A DNA stretch of 64,000 nt from Nibricoccus sp. (GCA_047602425.1 JASGHG010000001.1:1312001-1376000); one strand, 5' to 3'. Shown: positions 1 to 10,974, numbered from the stretch's first letter. Translations and numbers: made by a program. Notes: generated by a model from the letters alone, not told the origin.

Positions 1-686
1 TCATCGCCACTGGACCCAGTTGGGCCACAGGCACTGGTTCGGCAACCGGTGGCGGCGTCACCACCCTGAACGACTATTTTTGGAACGTTCCCACGGGCGC
101 CAATCTGACACCTCCCACCCTCGCGATTACCGCTCCAACCACCTCTGGCACCCATGCGACAAGCTCCACACTGGTTCATCTAAGCGGTTCCGCCGCGGCA
201 ACCGCAGGCAAAACCGTGAAAGCTCTCACGTGGAGAAACGATCGCGGCGGCTCCGGTATCGGAGTTGGCACTACATCGTGGAATGTCGACGCCATTGACC
301 TCCTGCCCGGCAACAACCTCATTACCGTCACCGCACGCGACTCCGCCGGCATTACGGCCAGCACGACCTTGCTCGTGCAAAGCAGTTCCGGTTCCTCGAG
401 CAGTTCCTCCTCGTCTTCCAGCTCCAGCAGTAGCTCAAGTTCTTCGTCAAGCAGCTCATCCTCGTCATCATCGTCGAGCAGTTCCAGTTCGTCGTCATCT
501 TCTTCGAGCTCGTCCTCCAGTTCTTCATCGAGTTCTAGCGGCAGTTCGTCCTCCGGAAGCAGCTCAGGAGCTGGCTCCGGCGGCGGAGGCGGCGGCGGCG
601 CGCCCAGCCTTTGGTTCCTCGCGGCGTTTAGCACGCTCGCTGCTCTGCGTCATTGCAGCCGCAAGAAAAGCCTTTCCCGTAAATGA
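1..686 (+). CDS. Partial (5'-truncated) secreted protein: Ig-like domain, long poly-Ser linker, GlyGly-CTERM-like anchor
   Basis: Frame is open from base 3 (IATGPSW...PPTLAITAPT...LSGSA...LLPGNNLITVTARD); about 55-residue Ser tract; ends GGGGGGGAPSLWFLAAFSTLAALR plus a basic tail. Confidence 0.75.
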   Translation, partial: IATGPSWATGTGSATGGGVTTLNDYFWNVPTGANLTPPTLAITAPTTSGTHATSSTLVHLSGSAAATAGKTVKALTWRNDRGGSGIGVGTTSWNVDAIDLLPGNNLITVTARDSAGITASTTLLVQSSSGSSSSSSSSSSSSSSSSSSSSSSSSSSSSSSSSSSSSSSSSSSSSSSSSSGSSSSGSSSGAGSGGGGGGGAPSLWFLAAFSTLAALRHCSRKKSLSRK

Positions 687-761
687 ACTTTTTGCCGTCG
701 ATTCAAAGGTGTGTGCGTCGGCGGCCTATGGTTAGAAAAGTGGGTTGATTAAAAAGGTCAC

Positions 762-800
762 AAGACGGGCGCGATCGACTTCGCGCCCGTCTTCATTTTT
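762..800 (+). terminator. Hairpin, probable intrinsic terminator
   Basis: AAGACGGGCGCGA-tcgact-TCGCGCCCGTCTT followed by cattttt. Confidence 0.6.
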
Positions 801-991
801 ACCCCAAAACCCCCTCTGGGGCCGTCGTCAGCGCAGCTGTTTTGCAATGACACCGGTAAAAATCACGCGGACCCGCGACAGATCGCCCAATCTGGTTATA
901 AATCTACAGACAGCCTTCGTGATTCGCGCGCCAAGAGCCCCATGGCGGATCACTTTACGAACCAATCGCCAGAAATAATCGACGCACTCCC

Positions 992-3637
992 ATGTCCATC
1001 GAATATTCCGATCAACAAGAACAGACCTACCCCACATCACTCCGCGCCGCCGAGAACGAACAGATTCGCCTCCGTCGGGCGCAACTTAATATCGATCCCC
1101 GGGCGCCGGCCGTAGGCGTCGGTCTCTCCGGCGGGGGCATTCGCAGCGCCACATTTTGTATCGGCGTTTTTCAAGCCCTCGCGCGACTCAAACTCGTTCG
1201 CAAGATCGATTATCTTTCGACTGTTTCCGGCGGCGGATATTTTGGCGGTTTTCTCGGGGCGTCCTTTTCCCGCGAAGGCGCCACTGCCGATAAAATTGAA
1301 AAAGAGCTATCCGACAACCACTCCTGGTCTATCCAGTGGTTGCGCGACAACGGTCGTTTTCTTTCGCCCAACGGTGCCGGCGACAGCTGGATCGCAGCCG
1401 CCGTCATGCTCCGCAACTGGGCGGCGGTCCACTGCGTGATGCTCACTTTCGCGTTTCTTGTTTTTGGCTTTGGCGTGTTGTTGCGTGCCGAACTTACCAC
1501 AACGCTCGCAAGCAACGAATCCTGGATGAAACTCGAGCATTTCATGTGGACGCACAAGGCGCTCGGCATCTGGTGGAGTCCCTGGGTCCTTCTGCCGGTC
1601 ATCCCGTTTATCACCATGATGGTGCCGGGCGGAGTGCTTTTCTGGCTCACCCAAAGCACGCCCTTGATGGGAGCGCTACGAAAGATCGGCGCCATTTTTA
1701 GCAAAGATTGGAGGTCGTATTCAGATAATGAATTCATCAGCCACGCACAAAACCGGCTGACCACGCTGCTGGTGCTTGGTTTTATCCCGACACTGGTGCT
1801 GGCCGCCTTCGCCGTCGTCGATTCGCTCGGCCAAACCGCTTATTGGAAATGGTCCGCCGACGATTTCCAGTTTCCCACCCTTTGGGCCACGCTGACCGGC
1901 ATCGGCTTCGGCGCCTACGGGCTGGCTTCGAAAATCTACATCCTGATCGAAAACCTTGTCGGAAAAGGAAAATTCAAGATCACCGTCGACGCCGTCGCCT
2001 TGCTCGCGTCCATCGCCTGGACTTTGTTGATCATCATCGGCGTGTCGGTGGCGGCTTGTTCGCTGGCCTGGTCGAAAGAACGCGTGGCAATCGACGGGCA
2101 GCTCATGCCGATGAACGAATCCTGGCGGCTCTCCATTGCGGTGATTACCGCCCTGGCTTTGTCCTGGTTTTTCAGCCGGAGCTTCGCGTTCGTCAATCTT
2201 TCGTCGCTGCAACAGGTCTACGCCGCTCGCCTGCGACGCGCCTACATTGGCGCAACCAATCTCGATCGCCAGGCCTCGGAAAATTTCAGCATGACCGATC
2301 TCATCCCCGGCGACGATTTCCTTCTCGAGGAATACCAGCCGCAAAAATCCGGCGGTCCGCTTCACCTGATCAACGTCACCGTCAACGAAACCCTGTCCGA
2401 CAAAACCCACATCGAACGTCGCGACCGCAAGGGGCTCGCCATGGCCGTCGGCCCCTGCGGGATTTCGGTTGGCGACACCGCGCACTCCCTTTGGGCCGAC
2501 CCAGCCGATGCGCCCAAACGACTTGGGCGTTCCTTGCTTTCGGCGCTCTTCGAGGATCCCTGCCGGCCCGTCGCGCCGATCGTCAAGGAACCCGAACCCG
2601 GTGAAAAACCTAATTCCGCCCACGGCGTGCATCCGAAGAAAAGCGTTCCCATCAATGTCGAGTGCCTTTCCCTGGGCCGTTGGATTGCCATTTCCGGCGC
2701 AGCCTTCACCACCGGTTTGGGGGAGCGGACGAATTTGGGACTCAGCCTTCTGCTCGGCCTCGCCAACGTCCGCCTCGGCTATTGGTGGGATTCCGGACTC
2801 AGCCAAGGTACAACCGATACCGCCAAAGACAAAACTTTCGCCGAGGTAGCCGGCCGGGTTTTCCATTATGTGCTGCCGCTTCAAGCCTGCCTCGTGAACG
2901 AATTTTTCGCCCGCTTCCATGGCGCCGCCCGCAGGTATTGGTATCTCTCCGACGGAGGTCACTTCGAAAACACCGGCTGCTACGAACTCATCCGGCGTCG
3001 CGTTCCCTTCATCCTCTGCACCGATGGCGGATCCGATCCGGACTACCAATTCGCCGATCTGGCCAACCTCGTGCGCAAAGCCCGAATCGATTTTGGCGCC
3101 GAGATCGAAATCATCCGCCGTGCCGACGACGCCGACAAAAAGGAGCCCGGGCACGATCTTCCCTCGCTTGAGCAACTCGTTCATCCGTCCGTGGTCGACA
3201 TGTTTGGCGCCCCCGAGGACTTTCACGCACTTTCCGAGGAGGAAGTCGGCGCGCCCGCCAATCGCCGGCACGCCCTGCTTGCCCGTATTCGTTATTCCGA
3301 TACCGGAGAAACCGGCTGGCTCCTCGTCATCAAACCCGGCCTGGGTGGAGACGAACCGGTCGATGTACTCCAATATCAGCGCACGCACCCGCTCTTCCCG
3401 CAGGAGCCCACGTCCGACCAGTTCTTCGACGAAGCCCAGTGGGAGAGCTACCGGAAGCTCGCCCAGCACATCGTCACCGCGCTCTTCACCGCACCCACCG
3501 ATGGAGACCCCCGTTGGAGCCCTTCGCGGTTTGCCGCTCCCGAGGTCATTCTGTCGGAAGACGACTCAATCCCGGCAGTATCGCGTTCTCCGCTGCCTGC
3601 CGCGAACGGCGCGACGCAGGCCGTTCTGCGGACATAA
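992..3637 (+). CDS. Patatin/cPLA2-like phospholipase with multi-pass membrane insert
   Basis: GLSGGGIRS oxyanion motif, STVSGG nucleophile, SDGG catalytic Asp; several hydrophobic helices in between. Confidence 0.8.
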   Translation: MSIEYSDQQEQTYPTSLRAAENEQIRLRRAQLNIDPRAPAVGVGLSGGGIRSATFCIGVFQALARLKLVRKIDYLSTVSGGGYFGGFLGASFSREGATADKIEKELSDNHSWSIQWLRDNGRFLSPNGAGDSWIAAAVMLRNWAAVHCVMLTFAFLVFGFGVLLRAELTTTLASNESWMKLEHFMWTHKALGIWWSPWVLLPVIPFITMMVPGGVLFWLTQSTPLMGALRKIGAIFSKDWRSYSDNEFISHAQNRLTTLLVLGFIPTLVLAAFAVVDSLGQTAYWKWSADDFQFPTLWATLTGIGFGAYGLASKIYILIENLVGKGKFKITVDAVALLASIAWTLLIIIGVSVAACSLAWSKERVAIDGQLMPMNESWRLSIAVITALALSWFFSRSFAFVNLSSLQQVYAARLRRAYIGATNLDRQASENFSMTDLIPGDDFLLEEYQPQKSGGPLHLINVTVNETLSDKTHIERRDRKGLAMAVGPCGISVGDTAHSLWADPADAPKRLGRSLLSALFEDPCRPVAPIVKEPEPGEKPNSAHGVHPKKSVPINVECLSLGRWIAISGAAFTTGLGERTNLGLSLLLGLANVRLGYWWDSGLSQGTTDTAKDKTFAEVAGRVFHYVLPLQACLVNEFFARFHGAARRYWYLSDGGHFENTGCYELIRRRVPFILCTDGGSDPDYQFADLANLVRKARIDFGAEIEIIRRADDADKKEPGHDLPSLEQLVHPSVVDMFGAPEDFHALSEEEVGAPANRRHALLARIRYSDTGETGWLLVIKPGLGGDEPVDVLQYQRTHPLFPQEPTSDQFFDEAQWESYRKLAQHIVTALFTAPTDGDPRWSPSRFAAPEVILSEDDSIPAVSRSPLPAANGATQAVLRT

Positions 3638-3764
3638 CTTCCGGCACTCCAATTTTCCAGAGCCGTGCGCCGCATCACGCTCGCGCGGTCAAAGGACTCC
3701 GGCTGTTTACCGGATGCCGGGCGCCGCCATCTTTTTCGTTGCCCGGCCCGCACGGAGCTCAACG

Positions 3765-4583
3765 ATGCCGCTCAACGTGGTTCCTGACTCCGACTATCGC
3801 ATTAAACTCCCGGTCTTTGAAGGCCCGCTCGATCTTTTGCTCTTCCTCATCCGGAAGAACGAAATCGACATCTACGACATTCCCATCGTCACCGTCACGC
3901 AACAGTACATCGACGTCATCAAATCGATGCAGCAGCTCGACTTGGAAATCGCCGGGGACTTCTTCGTGATGGCCGCCACGTTGATGGAGATTAAAAGCCG
4001 CATGTTGCTGCCCAAGGGCCAGCACGCCGTCGATCCCAATGCCGAGGACGACGATGCCATGGATCCGCGATGGGAACTGGTCCATCAACTTCTTCAGTAC
4101 AAAAAATTCAAGGAGGCCGCCCGCGACATCGACAACCTAGCGACTTTCCAGCGCGACATGCTGCCACGCCACGTCGTCACCTCGATTGTCGCCGACAGTG
4201 ACCGTCCGCTCAAAAGCACTGATCGCATCGAGCTTTGGAACTCGTTCAACATTGTCCTCCGCCGTCTCGCCGAAAAACTTGTTGTCGGCGAAATCAAGGA
4301 TGAGCAGGTGACCGTCGCCGACCAGATGGAGCACATTCTCAAGCGCCTCGAAACGGAAAAGACGTTTCTCTTCACTCAGCTTTTCGCCGAAAAAATCACA
4401 CTGCGCGTCCTCGTTGCCACGTTCATCGCCGTGCTCGAACTTGCCCGCCTGCAAAAACTCCGCGTGAAGCAGGACGAAGCTTTCACCGACATCATTTGCA
4501 CTGCGGTCGAGACAAACCCAGCCAACTCTCAGCCGCCGGCCAGCCCCGCGCCCGACTCCACCCCCGACCCTCTTCTCGCGTGA
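3765..4583 (+). CDS. scpA: Segregation and condensation protein A
   Basis: [24 protein letters not shown] and FIAVLEL motifs; the upstream part of the 554-aa track ORF is spurious. Confidence 0.92.
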   Translation: MPLNVVPDSDYRIKLPVFEGPLDLLLFLIRKNEIDIYDIPIVTVTQQYIDVIKSMQQLDLEIAGDFFVMAATLMEIKSRMLLPKGQHAVDPNAEDDDAMDPRWELVHQLLQYKKFKEAARDIDNLATFQRDMLPRHVVTSIVADSDRPLKSTDRIELWNSFNIVLRRLAEKLVVGEIKDEQVTVADQMEHILKRLETEKTFLFTQLFAEKITLRVLVATFIAVLELARLQKLRVKQDEAFTDIICTAVETNPANSQPPASPAPDSTPDPLLA

Positions 4584-4849
4584 GCAAAAAGCCTTCCAAA
4601 CCCGTCAAGAAAACTTCGCCAAAAAAACATGCCGCTTTGCTCGGCGTTGGCCTCGACAACACCGATGGGCACAAACGCATCACCCAAGGCGAACAATTCA
4701 CGCTCGTCGGCGGCTCCGAAGAAACGCACGGACGCATGACCGAAACCGTGGTGAAGACTTTCGAAGAATTGAAACATCGCCGCAAACATCTCGCCACCGT
4801 GGAGCCGGCGGAACTCGCGGAAATCATTCACAAATCCACCCCGCGCTAG
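4580..4849 (+). CDS. Small hypothetical protein translationally coupled to scpA
   Basis: GTGA start/stop overlap; [31 protein letters not shown]; host-like codon usage. Confidence 0.7.
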   Translation: MSKKPSKPVKKTSPKKHAALLGVGLDNTDGHKRITQGEQFTLVGGSEETHGRMTETVVKTFEELKHRRKHLATVEPAELAEIIHKSTPR

Positions 4850-4941
4850 CCCGCGTTTTTTATTTCCTCCCCGGAGTTGAATCCGCGCTGCATACGCATT
4901 TCTTCGCATCATCAACCATAACAAATCCTGTCACGCACAAT

Positions 4942-5266
4942 ATGGCCGCCAATATCACCACGCTCTCCGCAATCTCCTTTAAACCCGCGATCAGCACCGA
5001 AACGCCCGTCCTCGTGGACTTTTGGGCTCCTTGGTGCGGCCCTTGCAAAGCCATCGCCCCCATGCTGGAAGAGCTTGCCGGCGAACTTTCTGGCAAGGTC
5101 CAGATCGCCAAACTCGATGTCGATGAACATGGTCCTCTCGCGGTCCGAGTTCGGCGTGCGCAACATCCCGACGTTGATCCTTTTCAAAAATGGCCAAGAG
5201 GTCGAACGCATCACCGGCGCCATCCCAAAAGCCAACATCAAGGAAAAGATCTTGGCCAAGGTCTGA
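4942..5266 (+). pseudogene. trxA: Thioredoxin split by one extra base (pseudogene or sequencing error)
   Basis: [12 protein letters not shown] in one frame and [24 protein letters not shown] in the next; 325 nt = 108 codons + 1. Confidence 0.85.
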
Positions 5267-5292
5267 CGCGCTTTCGCATTTCCCTCTCAATC

Positions 5293-5319
5293 AAGGCACC
5301 GCAAATGGTGCCTTTTTTT
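5293..5319 (+). terminator. Intrinsic terminator after trxA
   Basis: AAGGCACC-gcaaat-GGTGCCTT plus T tract. Confidence 0.8.
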
Positions 5320-5387
5320 GTGCTTCTACAAAATCTTCCTTCGCCGATGCACCTTAATCCCCAGCCAAAAACGCCGATACTGACCCG

Positions 5388-7124
5388 GTGGGCCCTACCC
5401 TAGCGCAACAAACCATAAAACGCGTCTCCGACGGCCTCGAATCCGGCGAATCCGCAGGCCTTTCCGAAATCGTAGCCCTTATCCAGCAGCTGTCGGGCCC
5501 CGCGCTCGACACCTCCGTGCAGGACTTGGCCACCATGATTGGCAAAGATTTGGTCGTCACCGCCAAGGTCATCGTGGCCGCCAACACCATTGGCTACAAT
5601 CCCACCGGTGTCGAAGTTTCCACCATCACGCAAGCCATCCACGTCATCGGTTTTAATAAAATCCGCCAGCTCGCCGTCTCCCTGCTCCTCATCGAAAACG
5701 CCGAGCGCACCCTCAACCCCACCGAGAAACGCGAGATTGCCGCGCTCGCCCTCTGCTCCGGTCTCATGGCCGAAAGCGTGATGGAAAAACACGGCAGCAC
5801 TTCTCCCGAGCACGCCTTTATCTGCGCTTCCCTTCGCAATTACGGCCGCATCCTCATGACTACTTTCATGATCGAGGACTACCGCCGCGCCCGCATCCTT
5901 GCCATGGAAAGCGGCGCCTCAGAAGACGAGGCCTTTAACCAGGTCTTTGGGCTAACTCCGCTGGAGTTGGGCCATCACTTGCTCGCCAGCGCCCATCTGC
6001 CCGAACCCATTTTAAAATCCCTTCAGTCGCTGCCGCCCGACGCCGTGCGCAAGGCTTCCCAAAATCCAAACGTCGAATTGCTCGTCCTCGCCGACCTCTC
6101 CGTTCAACTTTGCGAACTCGCCTTGCGCCCCGACATCAACGCCAGCGAATTCGAGAAAAAAGCCCACGCCCTTTCCGCAAAAACCGGCCGCGCTTTCGGT
6201 CTCGATGTCGAAGGTCTCCTCGGCGCTCTGAGCGACACCGGCCAGCAGCTCAACGCTTTCTCCGCCAGCTTCGGTCTCAAGGCTCTCACGGGTAGCCTCG
6301 CCCCGCGTCTCAAAGCCCGGGTCGACCGCAAGGATCCTTCGGGTTTCCTGCCGCTCGGCCGCCTCACGCCGACCGATGCCGAACCTTCCGCTCTCTCCAC
6401 TCCGCCGATTCCAACCTCGGATTCACGGCCCACCACTCCGCCGATTCCGCCCACGCCGACCCCACTGACTCCTTCCGCGAGTTCGCCTCAAAAATCCGAG
6501 CCCGTTCCGCCCGTTCAGATTTCAAATCCCGGGTCACCCCTGCCGCCGTCCACTGCCACCGTTCCGCCGGCCGAGATCAAAACCGCCGAACCACCCGCCA
6601 GCACCGAAGTCGTTTTCCAACGCGCGTTCGACACCGGCATCGACCAATTGGCCAGCCTGCTCAATGAAACGCCGGTCGACATGGACAAGGTTTTCCGCGT
6701 AATTCTGCAGTCCGCGATGCAGGGCTTCAACGCTAGCGAAGCCGTGCTGTTCGTCCGCGACCGCTCCAGCCTGCCCTATTCGGCGCAGTATGGAAAAGGG
6801 CCGCTCGTCGACTCGATCCGCCGGCAGCCCCTCGTCCGCGAAAGCGACCGCAATGTCTGCGGCATCTGCCTCCAACGCCTCGAGGACGTTTTCATCAACG
6901 ACGCCACCGATGCGAAGATTGTCGCCCATCTTCCCCCTTGGCTGAAAACCAGCAAACTTGCCTCTTTCGTCTTGTTGCCCGTGCACGAAAACAAGCGGCC
7001 CTTCGCCCTCGTGCTCGCCGGCTGGCACGAAAAGAAAACAATCGGCTTCACCGTAAGCCAGATCCGCCAAGTTCGCTCGCTCCTGAAACTCGCCGGCACC
7101 GCCCACCGCCTCGCCAGCCTCTGA
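5388..7124 (+). CDS. HDOD-domain signalling protein with Pro-rich linker and C-terminal GAF-like domain
   Basis: [14 protein letters not shown]...[16 protein letters not shown] and ELGHHLL...LPEPI (HDOD); SFVLLPV (GAF-like). Confidence 0.75.
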   Translation: MGPTLAQQTIKRVSDGLESGESAGLSEIVALIQQLSGPALDTSVQDLATMIGKDLVVTAKVIVAANTIGYNPTGVEVSTITQAIHVIGFNKIRQLAVSLLLIENAERTLNPTEKREIAALALCSGLMAESVMEKHGSTSPEHAFICASLRNYGRILMTTFMIEDYRRARILAMESGASEDEAFNQVFGLTPLELGHHLLASAHLPEPILKSLQSLPPDAVRKASQNPNVELLVLADLSVQLCELALRPDINASEFEKKAHALSAKTGRAFGLDVEGLLGALSDTGQQLNAFSASFGLKALTGSLAPRLKARVDRKDPSGFLPLGRLTPTDAEPSALSTPPIPTSDSRPTTPPIPPTPTPLTPSASSPQKSEPVPPVQISNPGSPLPPSTATVPPAEIKTAEPPASTEVVFQRAFDTGIDQLASLLNETPVDMDKVFRVILQSAMQGFNASEAVLFVRDRSSLPYSAQYGKGPLVDSIRRQPLVRESDRNVCGICLQRLEDVFINDATDAKIVAHLPPWLKTSKLASFVLLPVHENKRPFALVLAGWHEKKTIGFTVSQIRQVRSLLKLAGTAHRLASL

Positions 7125-7181
7125 CCCCCAGCCGGCCAAACCAAGTTAAGGAACCAAAACCCCGCCATTCCACCTCCAACC

Positions 7182-7318
7182 GTTTGTCATCTATTAAATG
7201 ACAAACTTCCGTGCCGGCGATGGGGGGGGTACTTTTCGTTGCCGTCGGCCTGTTTTTTCGCTCTCGGCAGTCCTTACTGCCCAAACCGCTTGTCATTTAA
7301 TAGATGACAACCGGTTTG
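7182..7318. repeat. Palindrome doublet: exact 21-bp inverted copies at 7184-7204 and 7290-7310
   Basis: TTGTCATCTATTAAATGACAA and its exact reverse complement TTGTCATTTAATAGATGACAA. Confidence 0.85.
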
Positions 7319-7481
7319 CTGCCCATGCCGGAAATCCAACAAAAACTGGCCCCAGAGTTTTTCTCATATGCACAGGGTTCGGGCAAAATGGGCTTCTAGA
7401 GAAGCGAGCGTAAATGTCGGGGCGGAGGCGCAAATTTCCAATCGATCAGAAGTCTTGCAGCTCGAAAAAATGGGTTTCGTA

Positions 7482-8387
7482 CTACATCAACACGCCGGCA
7501 CTCAGCAGGACCGCGTAGAGCGCGAGCAGTTTCCCGGTGTCGCCCAGGAGGGCGATTAGTTCGTCGGCCGTTTTTGCCTCTGCCAGACGGTTTGTGTGAC
7601 GCCAGGCTAGAGGAACGAGCAGAAGCGGGAGCAAAACCACCGGCTTGTAACCCATGCGCAATAGGTGCAGCGGAATGGTCAGCGCAACCAGCAGCGATAC
7701 ACCAAACTGCACGCGTGCAAACCGACGCCCGAAGCGCACCACCAACGTGCGCTTTCCGGCCACACGGTCGGTGTCAACGTCGCGATAATTGTTCACCACG
7801 AGAATGTTTGTCGCGAGCAAACCCACACCAACCGAGCAAAGCAGCGCTTCTTGGCTGACATAACCGGTTTGCACAAAAAATGTCGCGCAAACCGCAACCA
7901 GCCCAAAGAAGATAAAAACAAAAATATCGCCCAGCCCGTTGTAACCGAGCGGGTAGGGCCCGCCCGTATAGGCGATTCCACATAGAATGCTTGTTACTCC
8001 AACCACCAGCAAGGGCCAGCCACCGTATTTCAAAAGCGAAAGCCCCACAAGGAAGGCAAACATGAACACAATGAGCATCACCGATTTCATGACCTCGGGC
8101 GAAACGAGCCCCGCAGCCACCGCTCGGCGCGGGCCCACCCGTTCTTTTGTGTCCGCGCCTTTGATGAAATCGTAATAATCGTTCGCGAAATTCGTGCCGA
8201 TCTGGATCAGCAGGGCAAAACCAAGACAGGCCAGCGCTGCCGCCCAAGATAGTGGCCGTTTTTCCAACCAAAGATCGTGCCAGGCCAACGTCGTGCCCAC
8301 GAGCACCGGCGCAATAGCCGCCGGCAGCGTGCGCGGCCGGGCCGCAGCGATCCAGATTTTCAAAAACGAAGGTTTTTCCTTGGGCAT
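7482..8387 (-). CDS. menA: 1,4-dihydroxy-2-naphthoate polyprenyltransferase
   Basis: WIAAARPRTL, NFANDYYDFIKGAD and VNNYRDVDTD..GKRTL motifs. Confidence 0.92.
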   Translation of the reverse strand: MPKEKPSFLKIWIAAARPRTLPAAIAPVLVGTTLAWHDLWLEKRPLSWAAALACLGFALLIQIGTNFANDYYDFIKGADTKERVGPRRAVAAGLVSPEVMKSVMLIVFMFAFLVGLSLLKYGGWPLLVVGVTSILCGIAYTGGPYPLGYNGLGDIFVFIFFGLVAVCATFFVQTGYVSQEALLCSVGVGLLATNILVVNNYRDVDTDRVAGKRTLVVRFGRRFARVQFGVSLLVALTIPLHLLRMGYKPVVLLPLLLVPLAWRHTNRLAEAKTADELIALLGDTGKLLALYAVLLSAGVLM

Positions 8388-8465
8388 CGACCGCTATCTC
8401 GCACGGACGGTCGCCAAGAGGCAAAGAAAGATTTTCAAATCTCGGCCGGGCCCCCGGCAATCTTC

Positions 8466-9104
8466 TCACTTCGGCAGATTCGCCGCGATATCTTCGGATA
8501 GGCGCGCCACCGCTTCGCTGAGTGCGCCCGCAAGCGCGCCAAAGTCCTTACCGTTCCAGCCTTGCTCGGGCGCGGTAAAAGTCCGCCGCACCACCACTTG
8601 ACCACCTGCGCCCGCGGCAATGACGTCATAGGCTGCGTTAAAGCGCGTGATGTTGCGCCCGTCGGCAGACAATGCGCCTTCGCAATTCAGCACGCGTATG
8701 GCGACATCGTAATCGCGTTTCAGATCGGCCGCAAAAGGATAGTTCGCCACGCCACCAACCGCTTCCGTCGACAGCAGCTGCTGTTTGAGCACGCGGTAAA
8801 TACCGGTTTCAAGAGGTTCGGCCCAGCGATTGTACTCCTCGAAGCGAATTTCATTCGCGCCCGTCCGCACCGCGATATCGCGGCGGTTGTGCAGGTAACC
8901 GGCGAGTTCGATCGGGCGAATGCCGACCTGGTACTTCCCGACAGGCTTGGTCGCCACCAGTTCGGCCGCAGCCGGGCTGCTCAGCACAAAGTTGCGCGTC
9001 GGATCAACCTTGGCTTCGGGCAAAACCTGACAGCCCGCCAGAAGCGAAAGGGCTAAGCCGACAAAACCGGCGTGAGACACAGCAGAGCGGATACGTTTTT
9101 TCAT
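8466..9104 (-). CDS. PqiC-family / ABC auxiliary lipoprotein
   Basis: Lipobox LAGC, RWAEPL motif, last gene of the Mla-like operon. Confidence 0.8.
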   Translation of the reverse strand: MKKRIRSAVSHAGFVGLALSLLAGCQVLPEAKVDPTRNFVLSSPAAAELVATKPVGKYQVGIRPIELAGYLHNRRDIAVRTGANEIRFEEYNRWAEPLETGIYRVLKQQLLSTEAVGGVANYPFAADLKRDYDVAIRVLNCEGALSADGRNITRFNAAYDVIAAGAGGQVVVRRTFTAPEQGWNGKDFGALAGALSEAVARLSEDIAANLPK

Positions 9105-9128
9105 GGCTGCGAAAAGGGGGTCGAAGTT

Positions 9129-10133
9129 TTAGCGCGGCGCCTTTTTACCGGTAAGCAAAGCGTTCGGGTTTCGTTCGAGAAATTCGGCCAGGCGTTGGAT
9201 CGCAGCGGCAGCCTCATTGAGTTGCTGCATCGTGCGGATCGTCTCGTCACCCAGCCCACTCTGCGCGCTGATGAAGCGGCGGGCGGTTTCCGCGGCGTCA
9301 TTGAAGGACCTCATCACCAGTTTCGCCTCGGCCAGCGCGTCGTTCAACTTCTGTCCGGCGGGTTGAATCTGTCCATCGACACTGGCCAGCATTTTCGAGA
9401 GCTGGTCGATGGTGTCGTTGAGACGGGCAAAAGTTTTTTGGAATTCCCCGCTGCTCGCGAGTTCGTTGACCGCCGTGCCGGCCTTGGTCCACTCCGCCGT
9501 GAGCTTCGCGAGTTCGAGGCCCTTGATTTCCTTGCGCGTGTCGGCGAGCAAGCCGTTCATCTCGCGTGAGAGGCCGGCAAAATCGACGCGCTTCAGGCTG
9601 GTGAGAATTTCCGTCAAGCTGGCCTGAAACTCCGATATCGCGGAGGGAACCGATGGAACCACCACAAACTTCGGATCGGCGATCGCCTGCACCGCCGGGC
9701 TGAGAGGCGGCGCCTCCAAAAAATCCAATTCCACGAAAAGCATTCCGGTCGCAAGACCCGCCACATCTAGGCGTGCGCGCAGGCCCTGTCCGATCATTTT
9801 TTCCAACTCCTTCTTGCTGGAGACATCGAACATGGCACCAACTTCATCCTTCACTGTGCTATGACTGAATTCGCAGAGGACTTCGACGACGGAGTGTCGG
9901 TTCCGCGTATCGAATTGCACGTTCAAATTCACCACGCGACCCACGCGAACACCGCGCAATTTGACCGGCGAGCCGAGATCGAGTCCGTGCACCGATTCGT
10001 CGAAATACACCACGAAGCGTTGCGGCTTGGAGAAAAAGTTGACGCCGCCGAAGGCCAGCAGCGCGATCAGGGCAAGAGCCATTGCGCCCAGCACAAACAT
10101 GCCAACAATGGTGGGACTGATTTTGGTTTTCAC
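9129..10133 (-). CDS. MlaD/MCE family protein
   Basis: N-terminal TM helix, FDESVHGLDLGSPVKLRGVRVGRV, C-terminal LERNPNALLTGK. Confidence 0.88.
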   Translation of the reverse strand: MKTKISPTIVGMFVLGAMALALIALLAFGGVNFFSKPQRFVVYFDESVHGLDLGSPVKLRGVRVGRVVNLNVQFDTRNRHSVVEVLCEFSHSTVKDEVGAMFDVSSKKELEKMIGQGLRARLDVAGLATGMLFVELDFLEAPPLSPAVQAIADPKFVVVPSVPSAISEFQASLTEILTSLKRVDFAGLSREMNGLLADTRKEIKGLELAKLTAEWTKAGTAVNELASSGEFQKTFARLNDTIDQLSKMLASVDGQIQPAGQKLNDALAEAKLVMRSFNDAAETARRFISAQSGLGDETIRTMQQLNEAAAAIQRLAEFLERNPNALLTGKKAPR

Positions 10134-10182
10134 GATTGGTTGTGGAATCGACGGATCGGCGGCTTGTGATTGGACAATTAAC

Positions 10183-10971
10183 TCAGGCTTCGGTTGCCGG
10201 CAAGACTGCCCGGCGCTGCAAAAATTCCTGCACCACCGGGTCGCGGCTGGTCTGAAGAAGTTCGCGCGGATTGCCCTCGGCGATGATGCCTTTCGCTTCG
10301 CGGCCGAGCATGATCACACGGTCGGCAATGCTGAAGATGCTGTCGAGCTCGTGCGAAACGATGACCATTGTCGTGCCGAGCGTTTCGCGGATCTGCAAAA
10401 CCAAATCGTCCAGCTTGCGCGAAGTCACGGGATCAAGGCCCGCCGAAGGCTCGTCGAAAAACACGATGGCCGGATCGAGCGCGAGCGCACGAGCCAGCCC
10501 CGCGCGTTTTTTCATACCGCCGCTGATTTCCGAAGGATAGAAATCCTCGTAGCCGCTCAAATGCACCTGCGCAAGTCGAAGCGCGGCAAGTTCGTTGCGC
10601 TCGCGCTTGTTGAGCGAAGTGTATTCCTCCAGCGGCAGCATGATGTTTTCGCGCAGCGTGAGCGAACTCCAGAGCGCGGAGTTTTGATAGAGCACGCCAA
10701 AGGTCCGCAGCAATTCGCGTCGGCGCGATGGTTCGGCTTCCGTGAAATTCTCCCCGAAATAGCGAATCGCCCCAGCCGTCGGCCGCTGCAGGCCGATCAG
10801 GTGCCTGAGGAGCGTGCTCTTGCCGCATCCACTACCGCCGATCACGAAAAACAATTCGCCCGCCGCCACCGAGAACGTCACGTTCTGCAAAAGCACTCGT
10901 CCTTCGTAGCCGCATTCCAGGCTTTCCACGGCAATGGCGGGAATTTTTGGCGATGGCGAAAGTTGTGGCAT
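10183..10971 (-). CDS. MlaF-like ABC ATPase
   Basis: GGSGCGKS, ISGGMKKRAGLARA, DEPSAGLDP. Confidence 0.9.
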   Translation of the reverse strand: MPQLSPSPKIPAIAVESLECGYEGRVLLQNVTFSVAAGELFFVIGGSGCGKSTLLRHLIGLQRPTAGAIRYFGENFTEAEPSRRRELLRTFGVLYQNSALWSSLTLRENIMLPLEEYTSLNKRERNELAALRLAQVHLSGYEDFYPSEISGGMKKRAGLARALALDPAIVFFDEPSAGLDPVTSRKLDDLVLQIRETLGTTMVIVSHELDSIFSIADRVIMLGREAKGIIAEGNPRELLQTSRDPVVQEFLQRRAVLPATEA

Positions 10972-10974
10972 TAC

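Noticed and set aside
176..634. 152-aa Glu/Asp/Leu-rich ORF on the minus strand
   Set aside because: Antisense reading of the poly-Ser tract
1721..3469. 582-aa minus-strand ORF
   Set aside because: Shadow of the patatin gene in GC-rich DNA; no motifs
2919..3764. N-terminal extension of the ScpA ORF
   Set aside because: Overlaps the patatin gene out of frame and has Ser/Pro-rich shadow composition
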